Positions 38,985 through 51,460 of a DNA stretch of 64,000 bases are shown piece by piece (positions within the stretch are counted from its first letter, which is position 1; the number at the start of each line of letters is the position of its first letter). The stretch spans positions 369,024,001 through 369,088,000 of the forward strand of contig OZ024740.1 of the NCBI GenBank assembly GCA_964016885.1. The letters are read 5' to 3'. Under the pieces are notes generated by a model. That model saw only the letters and a program-made list of their open reading frames with translations, had not been told where the DNA came from and ran no database searches. This DNA comes from Eledone cirrhosa. Taxonomy: Eukaryota. Made by a program: the position numbers and the translations under genes.

Positions 38985-39530
38985 CCATATTCTTCTATTA
39001 AAGTGTAGAGAGACCGGGGATCGTTTGCCTATAAATGTACTTAGTAAATACAACTGCATGCTGAGGCATACTCTGACTCCGTTTCGGAATGCTGAGAATC
39101 ATGACACATCATGTAATTCTTTAGATGTTTCCACCGTGACAGCAGAACTACTCAGAGCCATACACCCATATAGATGACAAAACCCCTGCACAATAGAATA
39201 ACAATAAATTAATATCTGATCTTGTGTCTCCGGGACAGATATTCCGTTCAAACATCATAATAGCAGGGAATTCGTTCGGTCTGATGTTATAACTTCGCAC
39301 TATAAATCTCCGTCCACCTCAATGTGTTAGCCGCAATCGTCGACAACCCTCATGTCCATAATGTTCTGATACCAATCTCTAAGTTTCGCAGATATCAACT
39401 ACCTCACTGTAATTCTGGATGTCCTGTCGAGGATTTCATTGATATTTGCCAGCCAGTATACACATCCACAGTCTTTACCATTTCCCATTGCACTTCCAAG
39501 GCGCAATCATGTTTCTTGGTAGTAAACCTA
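38985..39530 (-). mobile_element. Possible degraded RTE-like LINE fragment
   Basis: Minus-strand remnant resembling VLS.LLYGSE.W; GC-richer than flanks; heavily disrupted. Confidence 0.25.
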
Positions 39531-40899
39531 GAGAAATAATATTCTTTTAAAATCTACATATTCCCCTTCTCCACCAATTGCAGCCACGTCCCTTTGTTTA
39601 TCTTAGGTGTAACACACCAGTAGACATGTCTCATATGTCTCCTATGACATGTATACATATATGATTGAATGTACATAATCTATAAATAGTTTAGCTGTCC
39701 AAACATTATATAAATACTATCGGATTTTTTACTACAGTTGTATAATCTTTATCTCGTTACTATAAGAATGGAAATATTCCGAATAGTAAAATGTATTATA
39801 TGATGCATTACATTTTCTACAGTCAATACACTATTAATCGGCAATAATCTTAAGAAAATTCAGCTTTCGTCACTAACTTATATTCTGCAAAAGTTACTGA
39901 TTTGCTGAATTGTAAGATATCAATGTTAGTGTAAAAATCGAAACTGTTTAGAGGACTGACAGACCTATAAACAGCCAGATACATTTTATTATCGTATCTA
40001 TATTAATTCTTTAATACCTATTACAATATCAAAACTTAGAATTACTGCTTATTGACTTCACTTTCTTGCGCCGCGGGGTTTTGGAGCATAAAGGAAAGAT
40101 TCAATAAACTGTAATGTTATATATCATTTGCACATAAGATATGATGTATATCTATGCACATTAAATGCTATTTTCAAAGGCTGGGTTTTCAAACCTTTGT
40201 TAGAAAACATTACAATCATTGCATATAGCTATGTTTGTTCTTTTGCGCTCTTGATTTCATTGGATGAAACAAGAATGCGTTATACGTAGTTATTGAAATC
40301 GTATATGATGTTGCGGTTGTTGGTTTCTAGTCAGCACTTGATAAGTCGATCTATGATCACAGACATTCCCACTATGAGGAACACATCTTTTTCTGTATAT
40401 AGTTTTGTGCAATATAAGGTAGTATTCGTAATTTCGCATGATGTAATTATTCTCAGGAAGGGTGATCTGGCTATTACTTCTCTTTGACGTCGAATGTGAA
40501 TGTACAAGCTAGCTTTTATACTCATATTATCTTGTTATATAATCACTGGTTAGCGATAATAATTTACATTTTCGAGCAACAGGAATTGAGTCAGGGCAAT
40601 TCTTTTTTTCTGTAGAATTTATGTCAGTGTAAATTATTCAGCGTGTCACCCTTACATTTAATGAGATAATATGCTTTGATTTAGAGGGATATATTAATGA
40701 GAGTTTTAGTCATTTGAGGGATAACATAGTAAATAGAGTATGTGAGTGTTATGTCACAGCGTGACTACCATACAATGACCCCGCGCATGTTGTGTGTCAC
40801 TGTATATTCATTTCGTAACCAATGCCCGTTCAATTTCAGGAGATCTTTAACTGATACACTACTATAAATGTGTCTCGTTCAAGTAGGTCCAGCAAAATG

Positions 40900-41992
40900 C
40901 ATTTGGAATGGACAAATCTCCATTTAAATCCAACATACAAAACTGGATAAAGTTCTCTCTGACATATAGAGCATTGGAGATCCTCCAAATAATGTCTGTG
41001 GAAAATATATACAATTTGGACGACCCAGAACGCATACACAAGAAGTATTTCACATGTCAGGCACTATGTGGAACAGACCCCAAAATGACCGCTGCGCAGA
41101 AGGGTTGTGAAAGAAATAAACATACAGAATACAAACAAGACAAAAGCTTACTGATGAAACAAACCAAAGGATTCGACTAAGAAAAAGTTTGAAAAGATGG
41201 AAAATAACAAAAAGGTTTTGAATCTGCCGTGGGCTACTGATGAAGCTTAGTTTCACTTAGATGGGAAGATCAGCTCTGGGAGCAATGTCTTCTGGAGCTC
41301 AGAGAAAACCACTGCATACCTGTGAAACCTCTTGACTCAGCTAAATATACAGTCTGGACTGCCATTTCTGAAAGAATGTTGATTGGCACATTTTTCTTCG
41401 TCGAAAATGGTGGCACTGCATCATATTAAAGGAATGCTAGGTTGAAGACCTTAAAACATTAGAAACAGGTTGCAGACCATGTACTTATCTGTAACGAATA
41501 CTGTATGGTCTATTAATAGAGACTAAGCCCTCACACCACCAACGAATCATGAGAGAAGTGAAAATATAAATTTGGAAATCGTGTGATAAGTTTGAAGTCC
41601 GATTTTAGGGAACCATATATCGACCTGATATAAGGCCCTTCGATGTCATTCTGTGAAGCTACCTGAAGGATAGGGTATATGTCAATAACCACAGACCAAT
41701 CACTGAACTAACAGAAAACATTAGTGGAGGAGATGAGTGCCATGTCTGTTTGAATGTAAAGAGCTTATGCAGAACATAACCAGCTCCTCAAATATTATGT
41801 GGATTTGAATGTGGATCACTTGCTTCAGGTGCTGTGACTCAAGACCAAAAAATAAAAATATGCTCAATTTCTTATATGTAGTTCCTATTAGAGTGATGTA
41901 AATACACCAGGAGTATCATCATGTTTTATTTTAAAAATGAATAATGTAGACATAAAATACAAATGGTGCCGGTTATTTTGGACTCACTCTGT
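40900..41992 (+). mobile_element. Dead Tc1/mariner-superfamily DNA transposon (DDxxD transposase remnant)
   Basis: WATDEA*FHLDG...NVFWSSEK, KPLDSAKYTVWTAIS..LIGTFFF, RPDIRPFDVIL*SYLKDRVYVNN; likely right TIR ends ...ggactcactctg-TA at 41992; left TIR not found. Confidence 0.8.
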
Positions 41993-42261
41993 AATATATA
42001 TCTGATTAATAATTACTTATTTAATTATTTCATCAATCGTGCTACAACGTTGAAGGTGGGCTACACTCATATATGTATCTATGATTCCGTTTAAATATAT
42101 ATATATATGTTCCTTATGACTTTGTTCTATACTCCCTTACGGTTGAGTAAACTTTAGGTGGTAACTAACTCCTTCTTCTAGCAATGAACTTACTTGCCAC
42201 CGGCCTACCCTTCACAACGATTCTTTCTTAACCGTTAGCCATGCGATGGTTTTCACCGATT

Positions 42262-42551
42262 TTGAATTCGTCACTAACGGCGTCACTTTGGAAATATCGG
42301 TCCTCACTGAGGGAGTCTCTTGATAAGCTCGAAACATCATGGACAAAGCAACGATTAGACATTGCCACAAAGTACGAGCAAAACCGTCGATAGTGGGGAC
42401 TAGAGGAATTTTTGGTAACATTTATCTATTATATCTTCAAACTAACATTTTAAACCTAAATCCATTTAATTGATTATTTATCTAGTAAATATTATCTGAC
42501 TGTTCTTCAAACTGATAATTGTAATACATATAGATATATAGATATTATATG

Positions 42552-42646
<95 letters not shown>

Positions 42647-42968
42647 TATAATATATATATATAATATATATATATATACATATACTATCTATATATCTAT
42701 ATGTATTACAATTATCAGTTTGAAGAACAGTCAGATAATATTTACTAGATACATAATCAATTAAATGGATTTAAGTTTAAAATCTTAGTTTGAAGATATA
42801 ATAGATAAATGTTACCAAAAATTCCTCTAGTCCCCACTGTCGACGGTTTTGCTCGTACTTTGTGGCAATGTCTAATCGTTGCTTTATCCATGATGTTTCG
42901 AGCTTATCAAGAGACTCCCTCAGTGAGGACCGATATTTCCAACGTGACGCCGTTAGTAACGAATTCAA
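42262..42968. repeat. Inverted repeat (~290-bp arms) converging on a central (TA)n
   Basis: 42262-42550 is the reverse complement of 42680-42968 with few substitutions; each arm holds a hammerhead-like motif (42300-42400 on +). Confidence 0.95.
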
Positions 42969-43580
42969 TATATACATATATATATATATATATATATGGT
43001 CCACCTGGTTCCGGACCACATTTTCTTCGTTATATATATATATATATATATATCATTTAAAACATTCTCAAGGCCGAACACTACCTACTTATTTACGTAA
43101 AATACAAAATCAAAATCCCTCGTAACTCATATTAAAAACAACTAATAATCCCAAATTATATTTGTAATAAAAATACATAAGCTATTATTAAAATATACAT
43201 AGATATTTATATATTTAACCCACTACAATATTATAATAAGATAAATACTTACAAACATAATTCACCATATAAATATATACATAAAATGTATTTCCCCCAA
43301 ACTAACGTATATAAGTGGTCTTCTTTTTTTTCCTTTCCCTTTTTCCTTCTTCTCCATCTTTTTCCTTTTTTTTTCTTTTTAAATTAATAATATATCAAAA
43401 CTTTCCATAGCGTTTAAAATAACGGTTTTTCAATCAAATAACTCAACCATATTTACATAATCATTTGGATACTCATCCATAAGTTTGAAAAATCCGTCCT
43501 AAAATCTCACTACCCAAGGAATATTCAACTGATAAGGTATATTTTCCTTGACTATGTGAAACTTTATAAAACACTCTTTG

Positions 43581-43638
43581 TATTGTATCTGAGGAAAGCG
43601 TACCAAAGTTGTTGGTACCCTTGAAATATAATAGAATA
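43581..43638 (+). ncRNA. Minimal type I hammerhead motif at the 3' end of a probable Penelope fragment (43050-43770)
   Basis: tattgtat-CTGAGGA-aagcgtaccaa/agttg/ttggtaccctt-GAAA-ta-TA-atagaata; stem I 7/8 paired. Confidence 0.65.
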
Positions 43639-43774
43639 AATATGGTTGTATAAATATAGTTTCTATTTATTTAATATCATTGAATATTTACTCCAGAAAA
43701 CTGTCGAGTGCTCTGAATCAGTTATAAACATTTACATGTGTTGAATTACCAATAAATTAAATATCCCTTCCACT

Positions 43775-44156
<382 letters not shown>

Positions 44157-44160
<4 letters not shown>

Positions 44161-46348
44161 CTGCGGAGGTTACTGATCTTATCGGCCTTTTCCTTCTTTT
44201 CTCTCTGAAGGACGAATTCCCCAACGCGGGCGGAGGTTTGTACCGTGATGATGGTCTTTTGACCATGACTAAGTGCGGACCTCGTGCTTGCAACAGGTTC
44301 AGAAAAGAACTCACAGCCTTCTTTAAAGGTGTCAACCTCTCTATACAGGTTGAGGCCAATCTCTCAGTCGTTAATTACCTCCACGTTACCCTCAATTTAT
44401 TGAATGGGTTGTATTACCCGTATAGAAAGCCGAATGATACCCTTAATTACATACGTAAGCATTCCAACCATCCTGCCAGCATAACCAAGAACCTGGTAAG
44501 AAACGTTTCGTTGAGGCTTTCCCGTCTATCTACTAACGAGCATATTTTCAACGACCATTCCACTTATTACGATGAAGTTCTTGCTCGGAGTGGATTTGTC
44601 GATAAGGTAGCATATACAGAGAACGAAAATAGACCTAGAATAAATAGATCCCGTCGCATTTGTTGGTATAACCCACCATATAATATGGAGGAGGCCACAC
44701 CTTTAGCTAAGATCTTTCTTTCCCTCATTACGAAGCATTTTCCCCCTACACATAAATATAGTATAATTTTTAATAGAAATACTATTAAAATTTCTTACTC
44801 TACGACTTCTAACCTTGCACATAACATCACAGCTTCAAATGTAGCTAATCTACCTAGCCGTAGGAACAACGTGCAACCCTGTAGTTAGTAATAACTGTAA
44901 TTGTAGGGATCGGGTTGATTGTCCCATTCCGAGAAATGCCAATCTAGTAACATTGTCTACAAATGTAAGGTTGAAACACCCACGTCCCGTAGCGCCTACA
45001 TAGCGTTAACCGCCAATAGATTCAAGCAGCGTCTCAACATGCATACCCATTCTTTTCGTTACCCTCTAAGAAGGAATATGACGTCACTTTCAGCTTATAT
45101 CTGGCGTCTAAAAGACATCCACACCCAATATAAGTTACACTGGGAGATCCTAGCTAGGGATAGATCGTATAACGGAAAGAAAAGATCATGTGACCTCTGC
45201 GCCGCTGAGGCCCTGGAAATACTCTGCGCCGCAGACCACATCTTAAACAAAAAATCTGAGGCAATTTCGGCTTGTAAACATAAATTGCACAACACTTTCC
45301 TGTATTACAGCCCCACGTTTTAGCCGAACGGATAGTACGATCTATACGTGGATATTTTACGTCTTGATGTGGTAGCTAAGAATATGTTTTGTTTATACCA
45401 TTACTTATTTGCATAGGTAAGTATATATTACCTGTATGTTTTGTGAAGGTACGTATACCTTCTCGTACGTATATTTGATTGTATATGTTATGGCGTATAA
45501 TTTTGTTTTTATATATCCTGATACATATGGTTTGGTTATGTGTATACGGGAGTTTTGCGTCTGTGTGAATATGCAGGTTCGTACGTATGTAGGGTGTGTG
45601 TATATGTGTACTTCATGTTTTCGTTTACTTACGTCTCCGAACATTTGTGTATTTACATGTAGGTATGTGCGTGCGCTTGTTATATACGTATTTATTTATT
45701 TATATACGTTTATTTAATTTTTTTTTGTATGCACGCATACACACACACACACACACATATTTATGTGTGCGTGGTTTTGTAAACCTATGGTAAGTGTTTT
45801 CGCGTATGCTTGTGTATGTACGTATTTGTATGCGTGTATGTATTTATTTAATTTCTATTACTTCTGTATTGTTTTTATTTACTTTGTGCTTAACCCTGAA
45901 GCGGAAATCCATTCGGTCTCCTAGTTAGAATGTTAGTCTACTACTTCTGCTACACCATTTACCTGGTTTTGTCTTTGCGTGCAATTGTCCTCTACGCTCC
46001 ACATATGACGTATTATCTTCGTTTTTTTCGTTCATTGCCAGAGAACGTCTCTATGAACCACCTAAGAGAACATTAGTCTACGGCCTCTTTTATACCATAA
46101 ACGTGGTTATGTCTTTGCGCGTAATTGTTTTTCACCGCTCCTATTAATGACGTATTATATTCGTTTAACCCGTTCTTTGCCAGGGTACGTTTCCACGAAC
46201 CAAAGTATCGTCTTCCTGTCTTCCTGCGGTTGCAACGCTTTTTGAAATATCCACTTCTGCGTTTACAGATTGACTTTGTTAGTTTCAGAAGATCCCGTTA
46301 AGGGTGAAAGCAGCGATTCTTTAGTTAAACTTTAATCTGTTATTTTAA
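44157..46348 (+). mobile_element. Penelope-like element (Neptune-type), 5'-truncated: RT C-terminus, Cys-rich linker, GIY-YIG endonuclease, ~1-kb 3' region
   Basis: [38 protein letters not shown]; CNCR..DCP linker (frameshifted); NIVYKC...AYIALTANRFKQR..MH GIY-YIG; CDLC..E; (TA)n on both sides. Confidence 0.95.
46281..46331 (+). ncRNA. Hammerhead-like motif with CAGAAGA core at the Penelope 3' end
   Basis: agttt-CAGAAGA-tcccgttaagggt-GAAA-gcagcgattcttt(ag; gc in the other copies)-TT-aaact; homologues at 4774-4824 (+) and 62639-62689 (-). Confidence 0.55.
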
Positions 46349-46393
46349 TAAATATATATATATATATATTACATGTATATATATATATATATA

Positions 46394-46550
<157 letters not shown>

Positions 46551-47765
46551 ATGATATTATTTATAGTTATGTATACAACTATAAACAGGAAAGGTCAGTA
46601 ATTAATTACCACCTTATAATCAGTAAGAAAAATAGCTCAATGTAAATACGTGAGATGTTTTACACAGCCGGCATATAAATTATAAATTACACAATAATCA
46701 AAGCTATGTTCAAAATCCATTTATGGCTGACAATCGTTTCTTCGAAACTATCGTTTGGTTGCATCGGAGCACTAGCAATGTGTGTACATATAATTAACCT
46801 CCTATTTAACTGAACAATCCTATAGATACATGGATATTAATGTTGCCAACAACAGTTTCATATTTACAGAGTGGAATGCGTGCGACATAGATTTCAAGAG
46901 AATTGTACAATAATTAAAATTAAAAATTAAAAGTTAAATGTTAAAAAGGCACAGAGTGGAATGCATGGGAGAGAGATTAGTATAACAATTAGAGGGGCTT
47001 TAATGTAGAAAGTTACCAGTGGAACGATGCCACTATCAGTACATATGTAAGCCTATAGAGAGTGCATATGCAATAGACATATACAGGTACGATCAAGCAA
47101 TGGTACTAGGCATATATAATTTCTACGAGGCAAAGGTATCACATAAAACAACATATGTTTACAAGCAGGCAAAGCTGTTTTTGTATTAAAATTATTAGTT
47201 TATGGTGGATGTAGTGTGATAATTGTTTCTGTAATGTTCAAATGTGTATGTGCTGAGAGTATCAATGTTATTGCTATCTTTTCCTTCACATTGGCTGTTT
47301 TATTTTAGTGAATGTTTTTTAATCAGTCACAGCCATGGATTGTATACCGGGCCTAATATATTGTTATCCGGGGTTCGATTTGTTGTGGAGTGGTTCCTCT
47401 AACGGTTTAATTTCCGGAAGTGAGTTTGATCTATATTAAGGAGAGCTAATACGAAAGGGGAGGTAACTAGCGAATACATTGTAAATGAATTTAGAAAAAT
47501 GTAAAGATGTTTACAGCTCCAATTAGTTAAATTCTTTGTGTTGCTGTATTATTATATTGTGTTATAAGTGAATCCCTTTTATATAGTGTTATTTGTTTTT
47601 GTTTAATTTTAAATATAATATATTTTACATTAAAGGTCTCATTATATTGTGATCTATTACTGAATAAAGTATATATATAATGTATATGAAATTGGTAAGA
47701 ATGTATAGTTGTTTACAGTTCTAACTAGTTAAATCTCTTGTGCTATTAATATACATTATATTATG

Positions 47766-47953
47766 TTGTGGATTGGCAGTATCGGTAGAGGGTCGGACGC
47801 CATGCTTTGACGTATAGAGTTACGGTCGTTGCCATTCTGAGTTCAAATCCCGCCGAGGGTAATTTTGCCTTTCATCCTCACGGGGTCGATGAAATAAAGT
47901 ACCAGTAATGCACTGGGTAATTGCTGGCCTTGTGCCAAAAGTAGAAACAATTA
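47766..47953 (+). mobile_element. tRNA-derived SINE (Meta-domain family)
   Basis: TGGCAGTATCGG A-box, GAGTTCAAATCCC B-box, central domain and tail. Confidence 0.9.
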
Positions 47954-48576
47954 TATTATGTTATAAGGGAATTTCATATATATAATGCTATTAATTTATA
48001 TATTTAATTATAAATATAATTTATTTTCCTATACTACATTAAGTGTCTCATCATATTTTTATTTGTCTATTCCTGAATATAAAATTAGCAAGATATAGTG
48101 GTTACATTAAATGGTGTTAGCTTTATGTTTATTCCTAATAGTTATTGTATAGTATAAAGTTTGAGATAAAAAGGAGTTAGGTAGAGTGATGAGCTGATCA
48201 TAGAGTGTGATGCTGTGGGGGTACGTATATGCTGATAAGACCTAGAGGTGGAGTGTTAATGGTGGTGAGGAATTCAGATCTGTCATTGTTATACATTAGC
48301 AACTAGGTTTAAAGCTATGGAAAGAGTGTCGGTGGTAGTGCTGGCACATCGAAAAAACCTCTGATTTTCTATTTAGGAGTTCTAGCTTAGAATAGATGAT
48401 TATTCGGGTTTCTAGAGATTACATAATTTATTTGGTGGTTTATACGATTAGGTGGTTTATACGATATATATACATATATATATTGGTGGTTCTGCGTGCC
48501 TGCACGCGTGTGTGTGTAATATCATTTTTTTTCTGAAGGCTTTCACAATGTGAAATTGACGGTCATTGTTTAAAAC

Positions 48577-48685
48577 ATAATTGTTTCTACTTTTGGCACA
48601 AGGCCAGCAATAACCCAGTGCATTACTGGTACTTTATTTTATCGACCTCGTAAGGATGAAAGGCAAAGTGAACCTCGGCAGGTTT
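48577..48685 (-). mobile_element. 5'-truncated SINE
   Basis: Reverse complement of the 3' half of the consensus. Confidence 0.85.
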
Positions 48686-49168
48686 GTTTAAGACATAATT
48701 ATAACAAGTCGGGTTTGTTACGAGTAGTTGTTATAGTTTTTTTATATTTGCAGATTAAAATCAGAATTCAAAGAAAAAATTACGTCGAAGTTGCATTTTT
48801 TGTCACTTTTTAAAATATTAAATATTTATGGATTTTCTACTTATTAAAAGTTGGATATAGTAGATGGATAACGCAGTATTTCACCGAAGGTATGTTCTAA
48901 TATAAGCTATTTTCTATCATTTTTTAAATGCAGTGTGGTAGTGTGTATGTCTATGTTAGTCACTGTGTGTTGACTTCTAGTATATTGATGATTTGCGGTG
49001 TTACTTTAGCTAATAGATAAGCGAAGGGAATAATTGATATATCGTTATGGGTGTTCTTACAATGATGAATAGGCTTGTTGAAGTGTTCTTGATTTTAACA
49101 ATTACCGTCCAATTCACACTGCGACAGCCATGTAACAAAACAACCTTCCAAGAAAACCTATATATATA

Positions 49169-49572
49169 TATATATTGGTAAACGGAATAGAAAATGCTGA
49201 CAAATTGTTCACAGTTGAAAAATGGTTTAATTAGGAATAAAAGAGTATTAGTGATTGTATGGGTTACTATTCAGTTGTGGTTTTAAGTTTTTAAGTTTTT
49301 ACCGGTTGCGCATTTCTAAATGCTTTTCAAAAATAATTTTGAGATAGAGTGTCCGTGTAGTTTGCTCTGATCAGAGCAAACAGCACGGACACTCTATCTC
49401 ATAATTATTTTTGAAAAGCATTTAGAAATGCGCAACCGGTAAAAACTTAAAAACTTAAAACCACAACTGAATAGTAACCCATACAATCACTAATACTCTT
49501 TTATTCCTAATTAAACCATTTTTCAACTGTGAACAATTTGTCAGCATTTTCTATTCCGTTTACCAATATATA
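49169..49572. repeat. Near-perfect palindrome (202-bp arms, no spacer, centre 49370/49371)
   Basis: Three mismatches seen; flanked by (TA)n; right arm carries ttt-TTGAAAA-gcattt ag aaatgc-GCAA-ccgg-TA-aaa (49408-49444). Confidence 0.95.
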
Positions 49573-50230
49573 ATAACTTGTGTGTTACACCTCTATTATT
49601 TTAACTATATATATATATATATATGTATGAGTGTGTCTGTATGACTATGTGCATTCATGTATGTATAGTTGTTGGTATGAGGATTTGCGTATGGGTGTTT
49701 GCGTGTGCGTGCGTTTGTATATGTGTGAGTGTTTGTGTGTAACTAGGACAGTCCATATTTTTAGGTTGAATAGAAATATATCAAGAAACAACTGAGCACA
49801 AAGAAAAGAAAATGACAAATTTCCTTCAAAATCATATCTTTATTCTCTCTTGAAAACAATCACTAACCTACATGAATTCCTTGTAGAAAGCGACATATGT
49901 CATTAGTGTGTGCTACGCACATTTCTAGGTTTTTATGAAAGTTTATATACCTATCTCTCTCAGTATCTTTCCATCTATCTATATTGAATCGTCAAGAAAA
50001 ATCCAATTGTGTTGCAATTATCAAAGCTGTTGGAATCATTTTGGAGAAAGAGTAAGAAGTTCAGTCAATTTTAGTAACAGCTAAATCGGTCTTGTTATAT
50101 GGTTGTGAAATTAATATAAAAGATAGATTAGTAAGGATTGTGATTGGCAGGACACAGTATGAAAATAGCAAGACATAGTGAAGAAAAAATCAAATGCGTT
50201 GAGATGAGTTATGAGTTGCTAAAGCGAATA

Positions 50231-50349
<119 letters not shown>

Positions 50350-50503
50350 CGTTCTCACACAACACCGTTTTTATCACTAATCAACTCACAGTGTGCACTC
50401 CGATATACAGACTTTATTTAATAAATGCAAGCTCTGTAATTTCATGGAGCGAGTGGAAATTCTGTGAGCTTAAACAAATTCAATTTGTCTGGTTCGATAA
50501 AGG

Positions 50504-50903
<400 letters not shown>

Positions 50904-51460
50904 ATGGTGGCTGCCAACTCGTTTTCGAGTACGGCCACTACTTTATATCCATGTAGGAGAACTCCTACCGATGCGCTGAACGAGTGTGACTTTTTAGTCC
51001 AGACAGCGACTTGAAAACTCTGGTACAAACACTACACTTGTGACAAATATTGACACATAGTGCTAGGCCCATGATACCATGTGATGACAAGTGCAGAGAG
51101 ATCTCCAGATATAAAAAAATGCCTGTGCCGTGAAGCTTTTATAGTGAGCAAAGGCACTGCACAAAGCCAGTCCCACTCTCTTAACCAAGATGATATTTAC
51201 CAAAAAGAAGAACAAGTCAACATCATTGGATACCATCAGAGTTGCAGGTGTTATATCAGAGTTTTCCTTCTCCTAGAATTCTGCCTTGACAAAGGCTAAG
51301 GTGTCATCGCTCCCGGTGATTTTGGATGGCCATTGACTCTTAAGAGCTCCTTTGCCCTTTGACAGGTTTTGTTTTTAGTCCTGCAGGATGTCCAAAGTCA
51401 CCCTCCTCACCAAGAAACCTTGGTGGGGTTGCCAGTTTAGTCGCCAACGACCCGACCATG
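50904..51460 (-). mobile_element. Copy of the non-autonomous RTE-like repeat
   Basis: Reverse complement of 6603-7158 with scattered substitutions. Confidence 0.8.

Noticed and set aside
42212-43060. Matching ORFs MLPKIPLVPT... on opposite strands
   Set aside because: A consequence of the inverted repeat; no recognisable domain and non-ATG starts.
47766-47860. tRNA-like A and B boxes as tRNA genes
   Set aside because: No cloverleaf; they are heads of a repeated SINE continuing into central domain and tail.
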